Positions 31,113 through 40,375 of a stretch of DNA of 64,000 nucleotides are shown here, one piece after another. The notes beneath the pieces are model-generated. The model saw nothing but the letters and a program-made list of their open reading frames with translations. It made no database searches and was not told the DNA's origin. This DNA comes from an uncultured Gemmatimonadales bacterium (lineage in GTDB: Bacteria > Gemmatimonadota > Gemmatimonadetes > Gemmatimonadales > Gemmatimonadaceae). The stretch lies in NCBI GenBank assembly GCA_963851265.1, contig CAWKNZ010000009.1, forward strand, positions 141,028-205,027, read 5' to 3'. Positions within the stretch are counted from its first letter, which is position 1; the number at the start of each line of letters is the position of its first letter. Both the position numbers and the translations under genes were made by a program.

Positions 31113-33383
31113 GTGACCCCGGCCGAGCCGGGTCGCGCCCCGCCGACTGCCGTGCGCGTGTTCGCGCACCGCGCACGACGGGGAGCGCCGCGCTCGCCGG
31201 CGACCCTTGCCTCCATGATTCGACCAACATCGGCCCCCGCGACGCGCGGTGGTGCCGCGACACCGCCGTCACGCCCCTCCATGCCCGCGGCGACGCTGGC
31301 CGCGCTCGTGTCCGTAGCGCTCGCGTCTGTCTCTCTCGCGGCCCGTTCTGTCGCGGCGCAGCCGCCACGCGTTCCGCGCCCGGACTCGACGCGCGCCGAT
31401 TCGGGCCGCGCGCGCGGACGCGTCGCCCAACTGCGCGCCGTGACCGTCGTCGCGACGCCGGCCGAGCGGACGGCGCCGCTCTCCGCCACGCACGTCGACG
31501 CCGCGATCGTCAGCGTCACCCCGTCCGCGAGTCCGTACGACCTGTTGCGCCAGACCGCGGGGGTCGCCGTCCACGAGCAGGGGCAGGGCCCGGGGTTCGC
31601 CTCCGACGCTTCGGTCCGGGGCTTCAGCTCCGACCACGCGACCGACATCGCGCTCTGGGTCGATGGCGTGCCGGTCAACGAACCCGTGAACGGGCACTCC
31701 GAGGGCTACAACGACTGGAGCGTGCTCTTTCCGGGCGGCATCCAGGACATCGACGTGATCCGGGGCCCCACGAGCGCCCTGTTCGGCAACTTCGCGCTCT
31801 CGGGCATCGTGAACGTCCGCACGCTCGAGCGCATGACGGGCACCGAGGCCACGCTCACGGGCGGCGCGTTCGGGCGCGGCGAGGGCATGCTGCTGACCGG
31901 CTTCGACCACGGTGCGGCCGGCGGCGGCGTGCTCGGCGCCCGCTTCGCCCGCGAGGACGGCTTCCGGCCCAACGCCGGCTACGACATCGGCCAGGGCCAC
32001 ATGCGTCTCGTGCACGACCTCGCGCCCGGCGTGCGCATCGACGGCGGGGTGGAGCTCTACAGCAGCGGCTGGCGATCGCCCGGGTACCTGAGCGCCGACG
32101 AGTTCGCGGCCGGGCAGTACGGGATCGTCTCGAACCCGAGCGACGGCGGCTTCAAGCGGCGCGCGCAGGAGCGCGTGAGCCTGAGCGTCCTCGCCGGCAC
32201 GGCGCTCTGGCGCACGACGGCGTACGCGACGCAGAGCCGCTGGTCGCTCTTCCTGACCATCCCGCCCGCCGGCGGTCAGTTCGAGGGCACGGGCAGCCAG
32301 ACCGAGGAGGAGGATCGCCGCCACGGGTACGGCGCGACGAGTGCGCTGACCTGGAGCCTCCCGCGGGGGAGCGAGGTGAGCGTCGGCGCGGAGGGACGCT
32401 GGGACGAGTCGCGCTACGAGAACTACTACACGACGGCGCGGGCGCGCGACTCGGTGAACGCCCTGGTGACCGGCCGTCAGCTGCTGGGCGCGCTCTTCGT
32501 CCAGGGGCACACCGACGCCACCGACCGCCTGCGCTTCGACGTCGGGGCCCGCTACGACGCGTTCGACACGCGCTCGACGCCGGACGGGGACGCCGCCGGC
32601 GCCGGCGGCACCCTTCGGGCGACGCATGCCGTGCTGAGTCCCAAGCTGGGCGCATTGTACCGGCTGACTTCCGCCCTGGGCGTGTACGGCAACGTCTCGC
32701 GCGGGTTCCGCTCGTCGGACGGCATCATCCTCGACCCGACGCTCGCGCCGATCACGGCGTGGGCGTACGAGGGCGGGCTGAAGCTGACGCGCGGGGCCGC
32801 GTTCGCGCAGGCGGCGCTCTTCCGCATGGACGTGAGCAACGAGCAGACGCTCGACCCGCTCACGCTGCTCGCGACCAACGGCGGGCGGAGCCGGCGACAG
32901 GGGCTCGAAGTGAACTGGCGCGTCCCGGTGCTGCCGGCGCTCGGCGGGGCGGGCGCGACCGGCGTCGGCGTCACGCTCTCGGGCGACTGGACGTTCAACG
33001 ACGCGCGCTACCGGAGCACGGCGGTCACGGGCGACACGGGCGGCGTCCGGCTGCTCGACGGCCTCCGCGTCTACAACACGTCCAAGTACGTCGGGCTCGC
33101 GGCGCTGGACGTCGGGCCCGGGTCGGGCGCGTGGCGGGCGCGGGTGAGCGGCACGTTCAACGGGCCGTACTCGCCGTTCGACGAGCCGGGCGTCGTCACG
33201 GGCGCGTTCGCGCTGCTGCACGTGGGCGGCGCGGTGCGGGTGCCGGGGCTCGGGCGCGGGGCCGAGGTGAACGCCGGGGTGCGCAACGTGTTCGACCGCC
33301 GCTACCCGGAGCTGATCGCGGGCGGGGTGGTGTCCCCGGGGCAACCGCGCGCGTTCGAGGTGTCGGTACGCGTGCGGCCGTGA
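31113..33383 (+). CDS. TonB-dependent outer-membrane receptor
   Basis: Plug SVRGF...VDGVPVN...IDVIRGP-x-SALFG; barrel ending RNVFDRRY...PGQPRAF. True start probably 31215 or 31281. Confidence 0.9.
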   Translation: MTPAEPGRAPPTAVRVFAHRARRGAPRSPATLASMIRPTSAPATRGGAATPPSRPSMPAATLAALVSVALASVSLAARSVAAQPPRVPRPDSTRADSGRARGRVAQLRAVTVVATPAERTAPLSATHVDAAIVSVTPSASPYDLLRQTAGVAVHEQGQGPGFASDASVRGFSSDHATDIALWVDGVPVNEPVNGHSEGYNDWSVLFPGGIQDIDVIRGPTSALFGNFALSGIVNVRTLERMTGTEATLTGGAFGRGEGMLLTGFDHGAAGGGVLGARFAREDGFRPNAGYDIGQGHMRLVHDLAPGVRIDGGVELYSSGWRSPGYLSADEFAAGQYGIVSNPSDGGFKRRAQERVSLSVLAGTALWRTTAYATQSRWSLFLTIPPAGGQFEGTGSQTEEEDRRHGYGATSALTWSLPRGSEVSVGAEGRWDESRYENYYTTARARDSVNALVTGRQLLGALFVQGHTDATDRLRFDVGARYDAFDTRSTPDGDAAGAGGTLRATHAVLSPKLGALYRLTSALGVYGNVSRGFRSSDGIILDPTLAPITAWAYEGGLKLTRGAAFAQAALFRMDVSNEQTLDPLTLLATNGGRSRRQGLEVNWRVPVLPALGGAGATGVGVTLSGDWTFNDARYRSTAVTGDTGGVRLLDGLRVYNTSKYVGLAALDVGPGSGAWRARVSGTFNGPYSPFDEPGVVTGAFALLHVGGAVRVPGLGRGAEVNAGVRNVFDRRYPELIAGGVVSPGQPRAFEVSVRVRP

Positions 33384-33543
33384 GCGAATAGCGGCATCCG
33401 GCCGCACGGCGCGAGGCGGACCGCGGCAGTCGCGGCCGCCCCGCGCGCGGACCGCCGCCGTCCCGGGCGTCGGTCACCGCGCACCTTGCGCGTGGGCGTC
33501 GGTCACGCCGTCGGCGACGCGGCGGAGTCGGGCGCAGCAGGCG

Positions 33544-33571
33544 TTGACTCATCAAGAAACGCTGTTATATA
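33544..33571 (+). promoter_or_regulatory. Sigma70-like promoter of arsR with overlapping ATCAA-N6-(C/T)TGNT operator
   Basis: TTGACT (33544) and TG-n-TATATA (-10 at 33566); ATCAA-GAAACG-CTGTT at 33551-33566. Confidence 0.6.
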
Positions 33572-33579
33572 TCCGGTCC

Positions 33580-33945
33580 ATGACGACCGCCGTCGCTCAC
33601 GCCCTTGCGGCGGACCGCGCCCGGGCCGCCCGGCTCTTCCACGCGCTGTCGGACGCGACGCGGCTCGCCATCCTCGACCTGCTGCACGACGGCGAGCACT
33701 GCGTCTGCGACCTGCAGGACGCGCTGGACGCGGCGCAGTCGCGCCTATCGTTCCACCTCAAGGTGCTGCGCGACGCCGGCCTCGTGTCCGACCGGAAGGA
33801 GGGCCGCTGGTCGTACTACGCCATCGTGCCCGAGACGCTGGCGGAGGTGCACGACCTGGTCGTCGAACTCGACCCGAGCGCGCGGTCAGGGCGGGGCCGA
33901 ACGAGGCGGGCCGGGCTTCGGGTCGTCGGGAACTGCTGCGGCTGA
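33580..33945 (+). CDS. arsR: ArsR/SmtB family As(III)-responsive repressor
   Basis: FHALSDATRL, EHCVCDL, SRLSFHLKVL and C-terminal CC; first gene of the ars operon. Confidence 0.9.
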   Translation: MTTAVAHALAADRARAARLFHALSDATRLAILDLLHDGEHCVCDLQDALDAAQSRLSFHLKVLRDAGLVSDRKEGRWSYYAIVPETLAEVHDLVVELDPSARSGRGRTRRAGLRVVGNCCG

Positions 33946-34031
33946 CGGTAGGCGACTGCGCAACACGCGCCCGCCGGGCGTAGAACGCCGGGCGCCTCGC
34001 ACGGGCGGGCGCCTGCTCTCGTGGCAAACGC

Positions 34032-34047
34032 ATCAACATTTCTTGCT
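34032..34047 (+). promoter_or_regulatory. Second ArsR-type operator upstream of arsM
   Basis: ATCAA-CATTTC-TTGCT, same architecture as the 33551 site, just before the GAGGAGG RBS. Confidence 0.5.
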
Positions 34048-34062
34048 GAGGAGGAACAGCGC

Positions 34063-35022
34063 ATGTCGAACACCGACGGAGGCCCCACGGACCTGACCGC
34101 AGTCGTGCAGGAGAAGTACGGTGAGGCCGCGCGGCGCGTTCTCGAGGCCGGCACCGCAGCGTCGTGCTGTGGTCCCGTGAACTCCTGCTGCGGGGGCGCG
34201 GCGTTCAACGGCCAGGTGGACCCGATCACGGCCGACCTCTACGTGAACGGCGAGACCGACGTCCTTCCCTCGGCCGCGGTACTGGCGTCCCTCGGCTGTG
34301 GCAACCCGACCGCCCTCGCCGAACTGCGCGCGGGTGAGACGGTGCTCGACCTGGGCTCGGGCGGCGGCATCGACGTCATCCTCTCGGCCCGGCGCGTGGG
34401 CCCGACGGGCCGCGCGTTCGGCCTCGACATGACCGACGACATGCTCGCGCTGGCGCGGCGGAACGCCGAAGAGGCGGGCGTCGATAACGTCGACTTCCTC
34501 AAGGGGCAGATCGAGCGCGTCCCGCTGCCGGACAACTCGGTCGACGTCATCATCTCCAACTGCGTGATCAACCTCTCGGGCGACAAGCGCCGCGTGCTGG
34601 CCGAGGCGTTTCGCGTGCTCAAGCCGGGCGGGCGCTTCGCGGTGAGCGACGTCGTGGTGCGCGGTGAGGTGCCCGCGGCCGTGCGGCGGAGCATGGAGCT
34701 CTGGGTGGGCTGCGTCGCGGGCGCGCTCGAGGAGGCGGAGTTCAAGACCCTGCTCGCCGACGTGGGGTTCGAGGGCGCGGACGTCGAGCCCACGCGCGTC
34801 TACCGAAGCGAGGACGCCCGCGTGTTCCTCGAGGAGGCCGGCGTTCCCGTCGACGCGCACCTCGCCGAGATCGACGGGCGGTTCATGGCCGCCTTCGTCC
34901 GCGCGACGAAGCCGGTCACGCCGGCCAGCGCCGCCCGGGTCGCGCCCGGCCTCCGCACGCTCGCCGTGGCCGGCGCGACCCCGGCCACGACGTCGTGCTG
35001 TGGCCCGGACTGCTGCGCCTGA
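34063..35022 (+). CDS. arsM: Arsenite S-adenosylmethionine methyltransferase
   Basis: SLGCGNP, LDLGSGGGID, ISNCVINL and WVGCVAGA; Cys-pair-rich termini. Confidence 0.93.
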   Translation: MSNTDGGPTDLTAVVQEKYGEAARRVLEAGTAASCCGPVNSCCGGAAFNGQVDPITADLYVNGETDVLPSAAVLASLGCGNPTALAELRAGETVLDLGSGGGIDVILSARRVGPTGRAFGLDMTDDMLALARRNAEEAGVDNVDFLKGQIERVPLPDNSVDVIISNCVINLSGDKRRVLAEAFRVLKPGGRFAVSDVVVRGEVPAAVRRSMELWVGCVAGALEEAEFKTLLADVGFEGADVEPTRVYRSEDARVFLEEAGVPVDAHLAEIDGRFMAAFVRATKPVTPASAARVAPGLRTLAVAGATPATTSCCGPDCCA

Positions 35023-35061
35023 GTCGCCCCGATCCCTGTCCCCGTGCCGAGGACCGCACCG

Positions 35062-35583
35062 ATGACGACGCCCGCCACGAGCACGCCGACGCGCCTGCTC
35101 ACCCTTCGGACGGCGACGCCCGCCGACCTCCCGGCGGTGGAGGGACTCCTCACCGCGGCCGGGCTCCCGACCGCCGACCTCGCGGCCCTGTTCGCCGCGC
35201 ACGCGGACGACTTCCTCGTCGCGGACGACCCCGAGCAGTCGGGGGCGCTCCTCGGCGTGGCCGGGCTGGAGGTGTGTTGCGGCACGTCGCCGCATCCGAC
35301 CGCGCTCCTCCGGTCCGTGGCGGTGCGGGACGACTGGCGCGCGCACGGGATCGGGCGCGAGCTGGTGCGCCGCATCGTCTGCGTGGCCGAGGCGCGCGGG
35401 CTCCGCGCCCTGTACCTCCTCACCATGACGGCCGAGCACTACTTCCCGCAGTTCGGCTTCCGGCCGGTCGGGCGGGACACCGTGCCGCCCGATATCGCGG
35501 CCACGCTCGAGTTCCGGAGTGCGTGTCCGGCCTCGGCCACCGCGATGGCAAAGCGGCTCGCCGGCGCGGTCCCGAGCGCGTGA
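35062..35583 (+). CDS. arsN2: Arsenic-resistance GNAT acetyltransferase, ArsN2 type
   Basis: GLPTADL, ALLRSVAV, LYLLTMTAEHYF and EFRSACPASA motifs; lies in the ars operon. Confidence 0.8.
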   Translation: MTTPATSTPTRLLTLRTATPADLPAVEGLLTAAGLPTADLAALFAAHADDFLVADDPEQSGALLGVAGLEVCCGTSPHPTALLRSVAVRDDWRAHGIGRELVRRIVCVAEARGLRALYLLTMTAEHYFPQFGFRPVGRDTVPPDIAATLEFRSACPASATAMAKRLAGAVPSA

Positions 35584-36125
35584 CGGCGGCGCCGGTCCCC
35601 GGGTCTCCCCCGCGCGTCCGCCCGGCAACCGCCGCCGACCTCGCGGACGCCGCCGCGATCTACAACGCGGGCATCCGCGGGCGCGGCGCCACGTTCGAGA
35701 CGGTCGAGCGCACGCCAGCCGACCTCGCATCCTGGCTTGCCGGCCCGCACCCGTTCCTGGCGGCCGTGGACGACGGGGGGGACCACGCGCGCGCCGACGC
35801 GCCGGTGCTCGGGTGGGCGCGCGCCTCCGCGTACCGGCCACGCGCGTGCTACGCGGGGATCGCCGAGTTCTCGGTCTACGTTGCGGCGCACGCGCGGGGG
35901 CGGCGCGTCGGCGACGCGCTGATGGCTGCCTTCGTGCCCGCCTGTTCCGCCGCGGGCTTCTGGAAGCTCGTCTCGCGCGTGTTCCCCGAGAACGCGGCGT
36001 CGTGCGCGCTGTGCGCCCGCCACGGCTTCCGCGAGGTCGGGACGTACGAGCGCCACGCGCAACTCGACGGCGTCTGGCGCGACGTGATCATCGTCGAACG
36101 ACTCCTCCCCGAACACCTGACGTGA
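35580..36125 (+). CDS. arsN1: Arsinothricin/phosphinothricin-type N-acetyltransferase, ArsN1 type
   Basis: IYNAGI...ATFET, YRPRACYAGIAEFSVYV, KLVSRVFPEN and HAQLDGVWRDV; GTGA coupling to arsN2. Confidence 0.82.
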   Translation: MTAAPVPGSPPRVRPATAADLADAAAIYNAGIRGRGATFETVERTPADLASWLAGPHPFLAAVDDGGDHARADAPVLGWARASAYRPRACYAGIAEFSVYVAAHARGRRVGDALMAAFVPACSAAGFWKLVSRVFPENAASCALCARHGFREVGTYERHAQLDGVWRDVIIVERLLPEHLT

Positions 36126-36478
36126 CCGACCGTGCGACCACCACCGACGGCGGGGCATTCCGGTCGACGACTTCCCGTCTGACGCCTCCCGGCCGGACGC
36201 CCTCCGCGTGCTCGTGCTCTGCACCGGGAACTCGGCGCGCAGCCAGATCGGCGAGGCCCTGCTCGCGACGAGGGGCGCAGCCCGGGTGGCCGCCGACTTC
36301 GTCGCCCCGGTCGGGCGGCGGCTGGACGGCGCACTGGCTGTACTGGGCCGCGCCGGTCGTGGGGATGGTCGCCGCGATGCGAGGCTACGAGCACCTGCGG
36401 GGCGCGTGCCCGCCGGCCGTCGTGCCGCCGGGCGTGTCGGTCGGCGTCGAGGGCCCGTTCGCGCCGGACCGCTCGTAG
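36122..36478 (+). pseudogene. Deletion chimera of an arsC (LMW-PTP type) 5' end and an aquaporin/MIP 3' end
   Basis: LRVLVLCTGNSARSQIGEALL (ArsC P-loop) is followed about 50 nt later, in another frame, by GGWTAHWLYWAAPVVGMVAA...YEHLR (last MIP helix). Confidence 0.7.
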
Positions 36479-36813
36479 CGATCTCGCCCACGGCGGGGTC
36501 GGTTGCGGGATGCGCGACTCCCGTTTCGCGAGCCGCGGGTTTGTTCGAGACCGCGCGGCACGCGCGGCTGCGAGGTCGGGAAGGCGGGTGATAAGTGTGC
36601 TACTTCTCGGGTTTGCCCCCGTACCGGCATTCCACCAGTTCCCCTATCCGCGCCCAACGTCTGACGGTTTCCCCTGTTGGTCGCCGCGTCTTCCTGGTCG
36701 GCGGCGCGACGATGCCCAGCAGATCCATTGGAAAGGTCACGGGCGGCTACACAGGAAAGGGCGACGCGGGCCTCCACTGCAGTGGCCCACCGGGTGCGCG
36801 ACGGTGGGGCAGA

Positions 36814-37100
36814 CGCACCGCTCGGGGTTCCGTTAAGGGGGTCCGGAAGGCCTGGCGCACAATCAGCGGCTCTGCCCCACGCCCCGGGCCCGCGTGCAGG
36901 ATCACCTCGATCTGGTACAGGCCGATCACGGTCTCGGCGAGCGCATTAATCGTAGGCGTCGCCCTGCGAGCCGACCGACGGCGCCACGCCCGCCTCGGCC
37001 AGCCGCTCGGTGTAGGGCAGGGAAGAGGTATTGCGCGCTGCGGTCGGAATGACAGACGAGCCCCGCGTCGATCTCGCGGTCGTACAGGGCCTGCTCCTTC
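36814..37100 (-). mobile_element. Degenerate IS3-family transposase (OrfB, rve) remnant
   Basis: Frame-broken EQALYDREIDAGLVCHSDRSAQYL and NALAETVIGLYQIEVI...GP; IR-like end near 36814-36833. Confidence 0.75.
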
Positions 37101-37182
37101 TGACCCGGCAGCACGCCGCCGGCCCGCGCGTGTAGCGGTTCGGCTCTTTGCCAAACGCTGACGCCGCGAAACGCCGACGCGC

Positions 37183-37275
37183 TGAACCACCCGGGCATCC
37201 GGTGCAGAACGCGGGCTGTTTTGTGACTCGCCGAACGACGACCGTACCCGCACCGCGCGTGAGCGCGCGTGCGCG
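37183..37275 (+). mobile_element. Possible IS3-family left-end/orfA remnant
   Basis: TGAACCACCCGGG (IS3-like IR start) followed by degenerate VTRRTT..YP..RERA(V)R-like coding. Confidence 0.3.
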
Positions 37276-37311
37276 CGCGTGCGCGGCGCGGCGAAACGTC
37301 GGACGCCGCCG

Positions 37312-37863
37312 CTACGCGCGGCCCGCCGCGGCGTCGAAGGCGAGGACGTGCCAGTGGCCGCGAGCTCCCGGGTCGCCGGGCCGGCCCACGGCGACGGGAC
37401 CGCCGGCAGCCTCGTCGCTGACGACGCGCTCCCAGAACGCGAGCGCCCCCGGGTTGGCTGCGCCAACCCGGACCGTCCACCGCCCCGGGCGCCGGCGCCA
37501 GAGCAGGGCGGCAGCGCGGCGGCCCACGCCTGCACCGCGGAAGCGGCGCAACACGAAGAACTCCGCGACGTCGAACACCTCGGGATCGTCGACCGCGGGC
37601 GAGCCGCGCGTTGCGAGCACGAACCCCGCCGTCCGCCCATCGGCCCGGATCAGGTAGGCGAAGCGGCGGTCGGGCTCGGTCCAGTAGCGCGTCAGGTGCG
37701 GGTAGCCGAAGCGCCCGTCGGGGCCGAGCGGAATGTCGGGGAACGCGGCGCTCAGGTCGTGGATGTAGAGCTCAAGCAGGTTAGCGAGTAGCGTGGCGTC
37801 CTCGGGCGTGGCTTCGTCGAGCGCGACCGCCGCGACCTTCGCGCCTTCGGGGGCGGGCGTCAC
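37312..37863 (-). CDS. GNAT family N-acetyltransferase
   Basis: LLELYIHDLS, DGRFGY, DVAEFFVLRRFRGAGVG and ALAFW motifs. Start uncertain. Confidence 0.8.
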   Translation of the reverse strand: MTPAPEGAKVAAVALDEATPEDATLLANLLELYIHDLSAAFPDIPLGPDGRFGYPHLTRYWTEPDRRFAYLIRADGRTAGFVLATRGSPAVDDPEVFDVAEFFVLRRFRGAGVGRRAAALLWRRRPGRWTVRVGAANPGALAFWERVVSDEAAGGPVAVGRPGDPGARGHWHVLAFDAAAGRA

Positions 37864-38148
37864 GGCCGGCCATCCGCCTGTCCCGCTGGGCGGCAGTCGT
37901 CCTCCGGAGGGCGCGTCGGTGTCTCCGAGCGGGTCGCGGATGCGACCACCCGCCGCTGCGTGGAGCCCGCGAGCGCGCCCGGGCGCGGCACGTCGGCGGT
38001 CGTCGCCCGGCGAGTGGGGATCGGCATGCCGGGAGTCTGCGCCGCGTCCGCGCGGCCGTCCACCCCGTGCCACATGGTCGGTTTTGAGATGGCCGAGCGG
38101 TCCCCCGGCGCGGGAAGCGGCGCGACGCGTCGGGCCGCCCGCGCATCA

Positions 38149-38835
38149 TCACGCGCGGTGATTCTGCTGCTCGCGGTCCGCCTCGGACGGGGTCTCACGC
38201 GCGTACGAGCCGGTCCGCACGTCACCGTCACGCTCGTACGTCGCCGCGAGCACGCCGCTCTGCCCCACGACGGAGCGGGTCAGCCGGAACGCCGCCGGCC
38301 GGGTGCCCTCGCCGAACAGCCGCTTTCCGGTACCGAGCGCCACCGGGTAGATCAGTAGTCGAAGCTCGTCGACCAGGTCGGCCGCGAGTAGCGTTTGGAG
38401 CAAGTCGGCCGAGCCCTGCGTCAACAGGTCCGGCCCGTCGCCCTGCTTCAGCTGGCGCACCGCGACCGCCGCGTCGCGGCCGAGCCACCGGCTGTTCTGC
38501 CAGGCGAAGTGCGACCGGGATCGGGAGGCGACGTACTTCGTGGCCTGGTTGAAGGAGTTCGCGATCTCCGCCGCGCCGGCCGCGAGGCTGCTCGAGTCAG
38601 GGGCGACGTCGAAGAACGGCCAGTAGCCGGCGAAGATGTCGTAGGTCTTGCGGCCGAGCAGCAGGTCGTAGGGTCGGCCGAAGTTCTCTGCCGTCCCACG
38701 GCCGAAGGCGGGGTCCGAGTATGCGGCGGTCCACCCGCCGAATCGGAATCCGCCGGTCGGGTCCTCCTCGGGCGCCCCCGGAGCCTGCATGATGCCGTCT
38801 ACGGTCAGGAAGGCGGCAGTTACCAGCTTTCGCAT
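38149..38835 (-). CDS. Dihydrofolate reductase-like (RibD C-terminal) family protein
   Basis: FLTVDGIMQAPG, LLLGRKTYDIF, QGSADL and DELRLLIYPVALGTGKRLF; AGGAG RBS. Confidence 0.9.
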   Translation of the reverse strand: MRKLVTAAFLTVDGIMQAPGAPEEDPTGGFRFGGWTAAYSDPAFGRGTAENFGRPYDLLLGRKTYDIFAGYWPFFDVAPDSSSLAAGAAEIANSFNQATKYVASRSRSHFAWQNSRWLGRDAAVAVRQLKQGDGPDLLTQGSADLLQTLLAADLVDELRLLIYPVALGTGKRLFGEGTRPAAFRLTRSVVGQSGVLAATYERDGDVRTGSYARETPSEADREQQNHRA

Positions 38836-39467
38836 CACCGTCTCCTGGGGGTGTGGTGAGTGCGCGGCGTGCGCACCCACGCTCAGACGGCGACCGACCG
38901 GGAAAATCATCGGTGTGACCTCGACCCGTCGCTCGGACACCGGCGCAGGAGGACCCGCGCCGCTTCGCGCCGCGACGCTCCCGTGCCACGATCGGAAGCG
39001 TGAATGAGTGGGTCGGATATGCGATACGGCCGCGTCTCACCTGGGTGCCCCGCCGCAAGGACGCGGTGGTGTCGCGAGACCCGGCCTCATAATCAGCGAC
39101 TCAAATCGCTGCCCCGTCACGAGTTCGGAGACGGTCGAGCACCATGCGGCAGCGGCCTTTGCGCGCTCCGGTGCTGAGAGTTGGCGCGGCTGGCCCGAGT
39201 GGGCGCGTGCAAGCGGATGCGATGACACGAAGCCAGTCCGGTGCGAGCCGAACGTACGCCCATGTTCGCGCGAGTGCCGACAACACGCGCGTGATACGCG
39301 CACGGAGGCCCGTTTTCGGAGGGCCGGCCCGATGCAGATCTATTTCCTACGTAAGCAACACCTACAAAGAGAAGTACGCCTGATACCGCGGCTTGCGACC
39401 CCCAGCCTGCTCCCTGGTCGTGCGCACGATGTCGCGGGCGTCGGCGCCGGCGATCGCGACGTACACG

Positions 39468-39917
39468 TTAGGCGGTGGGCCAGGGCGGGTCGAAGGCGAA
39501 GCCGGGCACCAGGGCGGCGAGGCGGACGAAGTCGCGCGCGTTGCGCGTGACCAGTCGGATGCCGTGGGCCCGACACGCGAGCGCGAGGTGCACGTCGTTG
39601 ACGAGCGACTTGCTCATGTCCGCGACCGTCGGGCCGTGCGCGTTCGCGAACCGGCGCATCACGTCCCCCGCCTCGCCCCACTCCGGGTACCCCGACGCGA
39701 ACACCCGACCGCGACGCAGGAACGGACCGAGCACCTCGCGTTCGAGCCGGCGCTGCTCGGGCGGCCGGACGCCGGCCCGGAGTTCCTGGGCCACGACGCC
39801 GGACAGATACAGCCACGGCGCGAACGCCTCGCTGAACCCGGCCAGCGCGGCGCGGTGGGCGGGGTCGCGGGCCGCGTCGACGTAGAGGTTCGTGTCCAGG
39901 GTGTACCGGGCGGGCAC
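39468..39917 (-). CDS. PIN-domain (VapC-like) toxin
   Basis: LDTNLY, VAQEL, NDVHLA and LVTRNARDF give the acidic PIN motifs. Confidence 0.85.
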   Translation of the reverse strand: MPARYTLDTNLYVDAARDPAHRAALAGFSEAFAPWLYLSGVVAQELRAGVRPPEQRRLEREVLGPFLRRGRVFASGYPEWGEAGDVMRRFANAHGPTVADMSKSLVNDVHLALACRAHGIRLVTRNARDFVRLAALVPGFAFDPPWPTA

Positions 39918-39930
39918 GGGACGCGCCGCG

Positions 39931-40230
39931 TTAGGCGTCCCGATCGAACGCGTCGAAGGTCATCCCGGCGAGCGCCTCGGCGCCCGTCCTGAGCTCGCGG
40001 CCGAACAGGACGTAGTCCAGCGCCGCGTCGAGGGTGGCCGTGTCATTCGGCGTGCCGAGCACGCGACGCGCGGCGGCCAACCGCGCGGGGTCGAGGCGGA
40101 ACGCGCGGGGCCCGGCCTTCTTGCCCGGGGCCACGGGCCGTCCGGCCGCGGGCGCGCGGGTCGACGTCCCCGCGCCTGACGTGGCGGCGCGCGGCGGCCG
40201 CGCCGCGGGGTGAGATTCGGATTTCGCCAC
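39931..40230 (-). CDS. VapB-like antitoxin
   Basis: FRLDPARLAAARRVLGTPNDTATLDAAL (RHH-like); AGGAG RBS; 13 bp upstream of the PIN gene. Confidence 0.7.
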   Translation of the reverse strand: MAKSESHPAARPPRAATSGAGTSTRAPAAGRPVAPGKKAGPRAFRLDPARLAAARRVLGTPNDTATLDAALDYVLFGRELRTGAEALAGMTFDAFDRDA

Positions 40231-40244
40231 GGCAGGTCGACTCC

Positions 40245-40279
40245 TGTGTATATGCGTAAACTTTGGACGAATATACACA
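40245..40279. promoter_or_regulatory. Palindromic operator upstream of the vapBC-like pair
   Basis: TGTGTATATGCGT-N9-ACGAATATACACA, 13-bp arms with one mismatch, AT-rich in a GC-rich background. Confidence 0.7.
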
Positions 40280-40375
40280 AATGGAGGGCTCGAGGCGCGT
40301 GCGCGCCCACGTGCTATCGCCGACCGTGCCCGGCCCGGGGCCGCATGTGCCAGCCGCCGATCCGGCGCGCACGCC

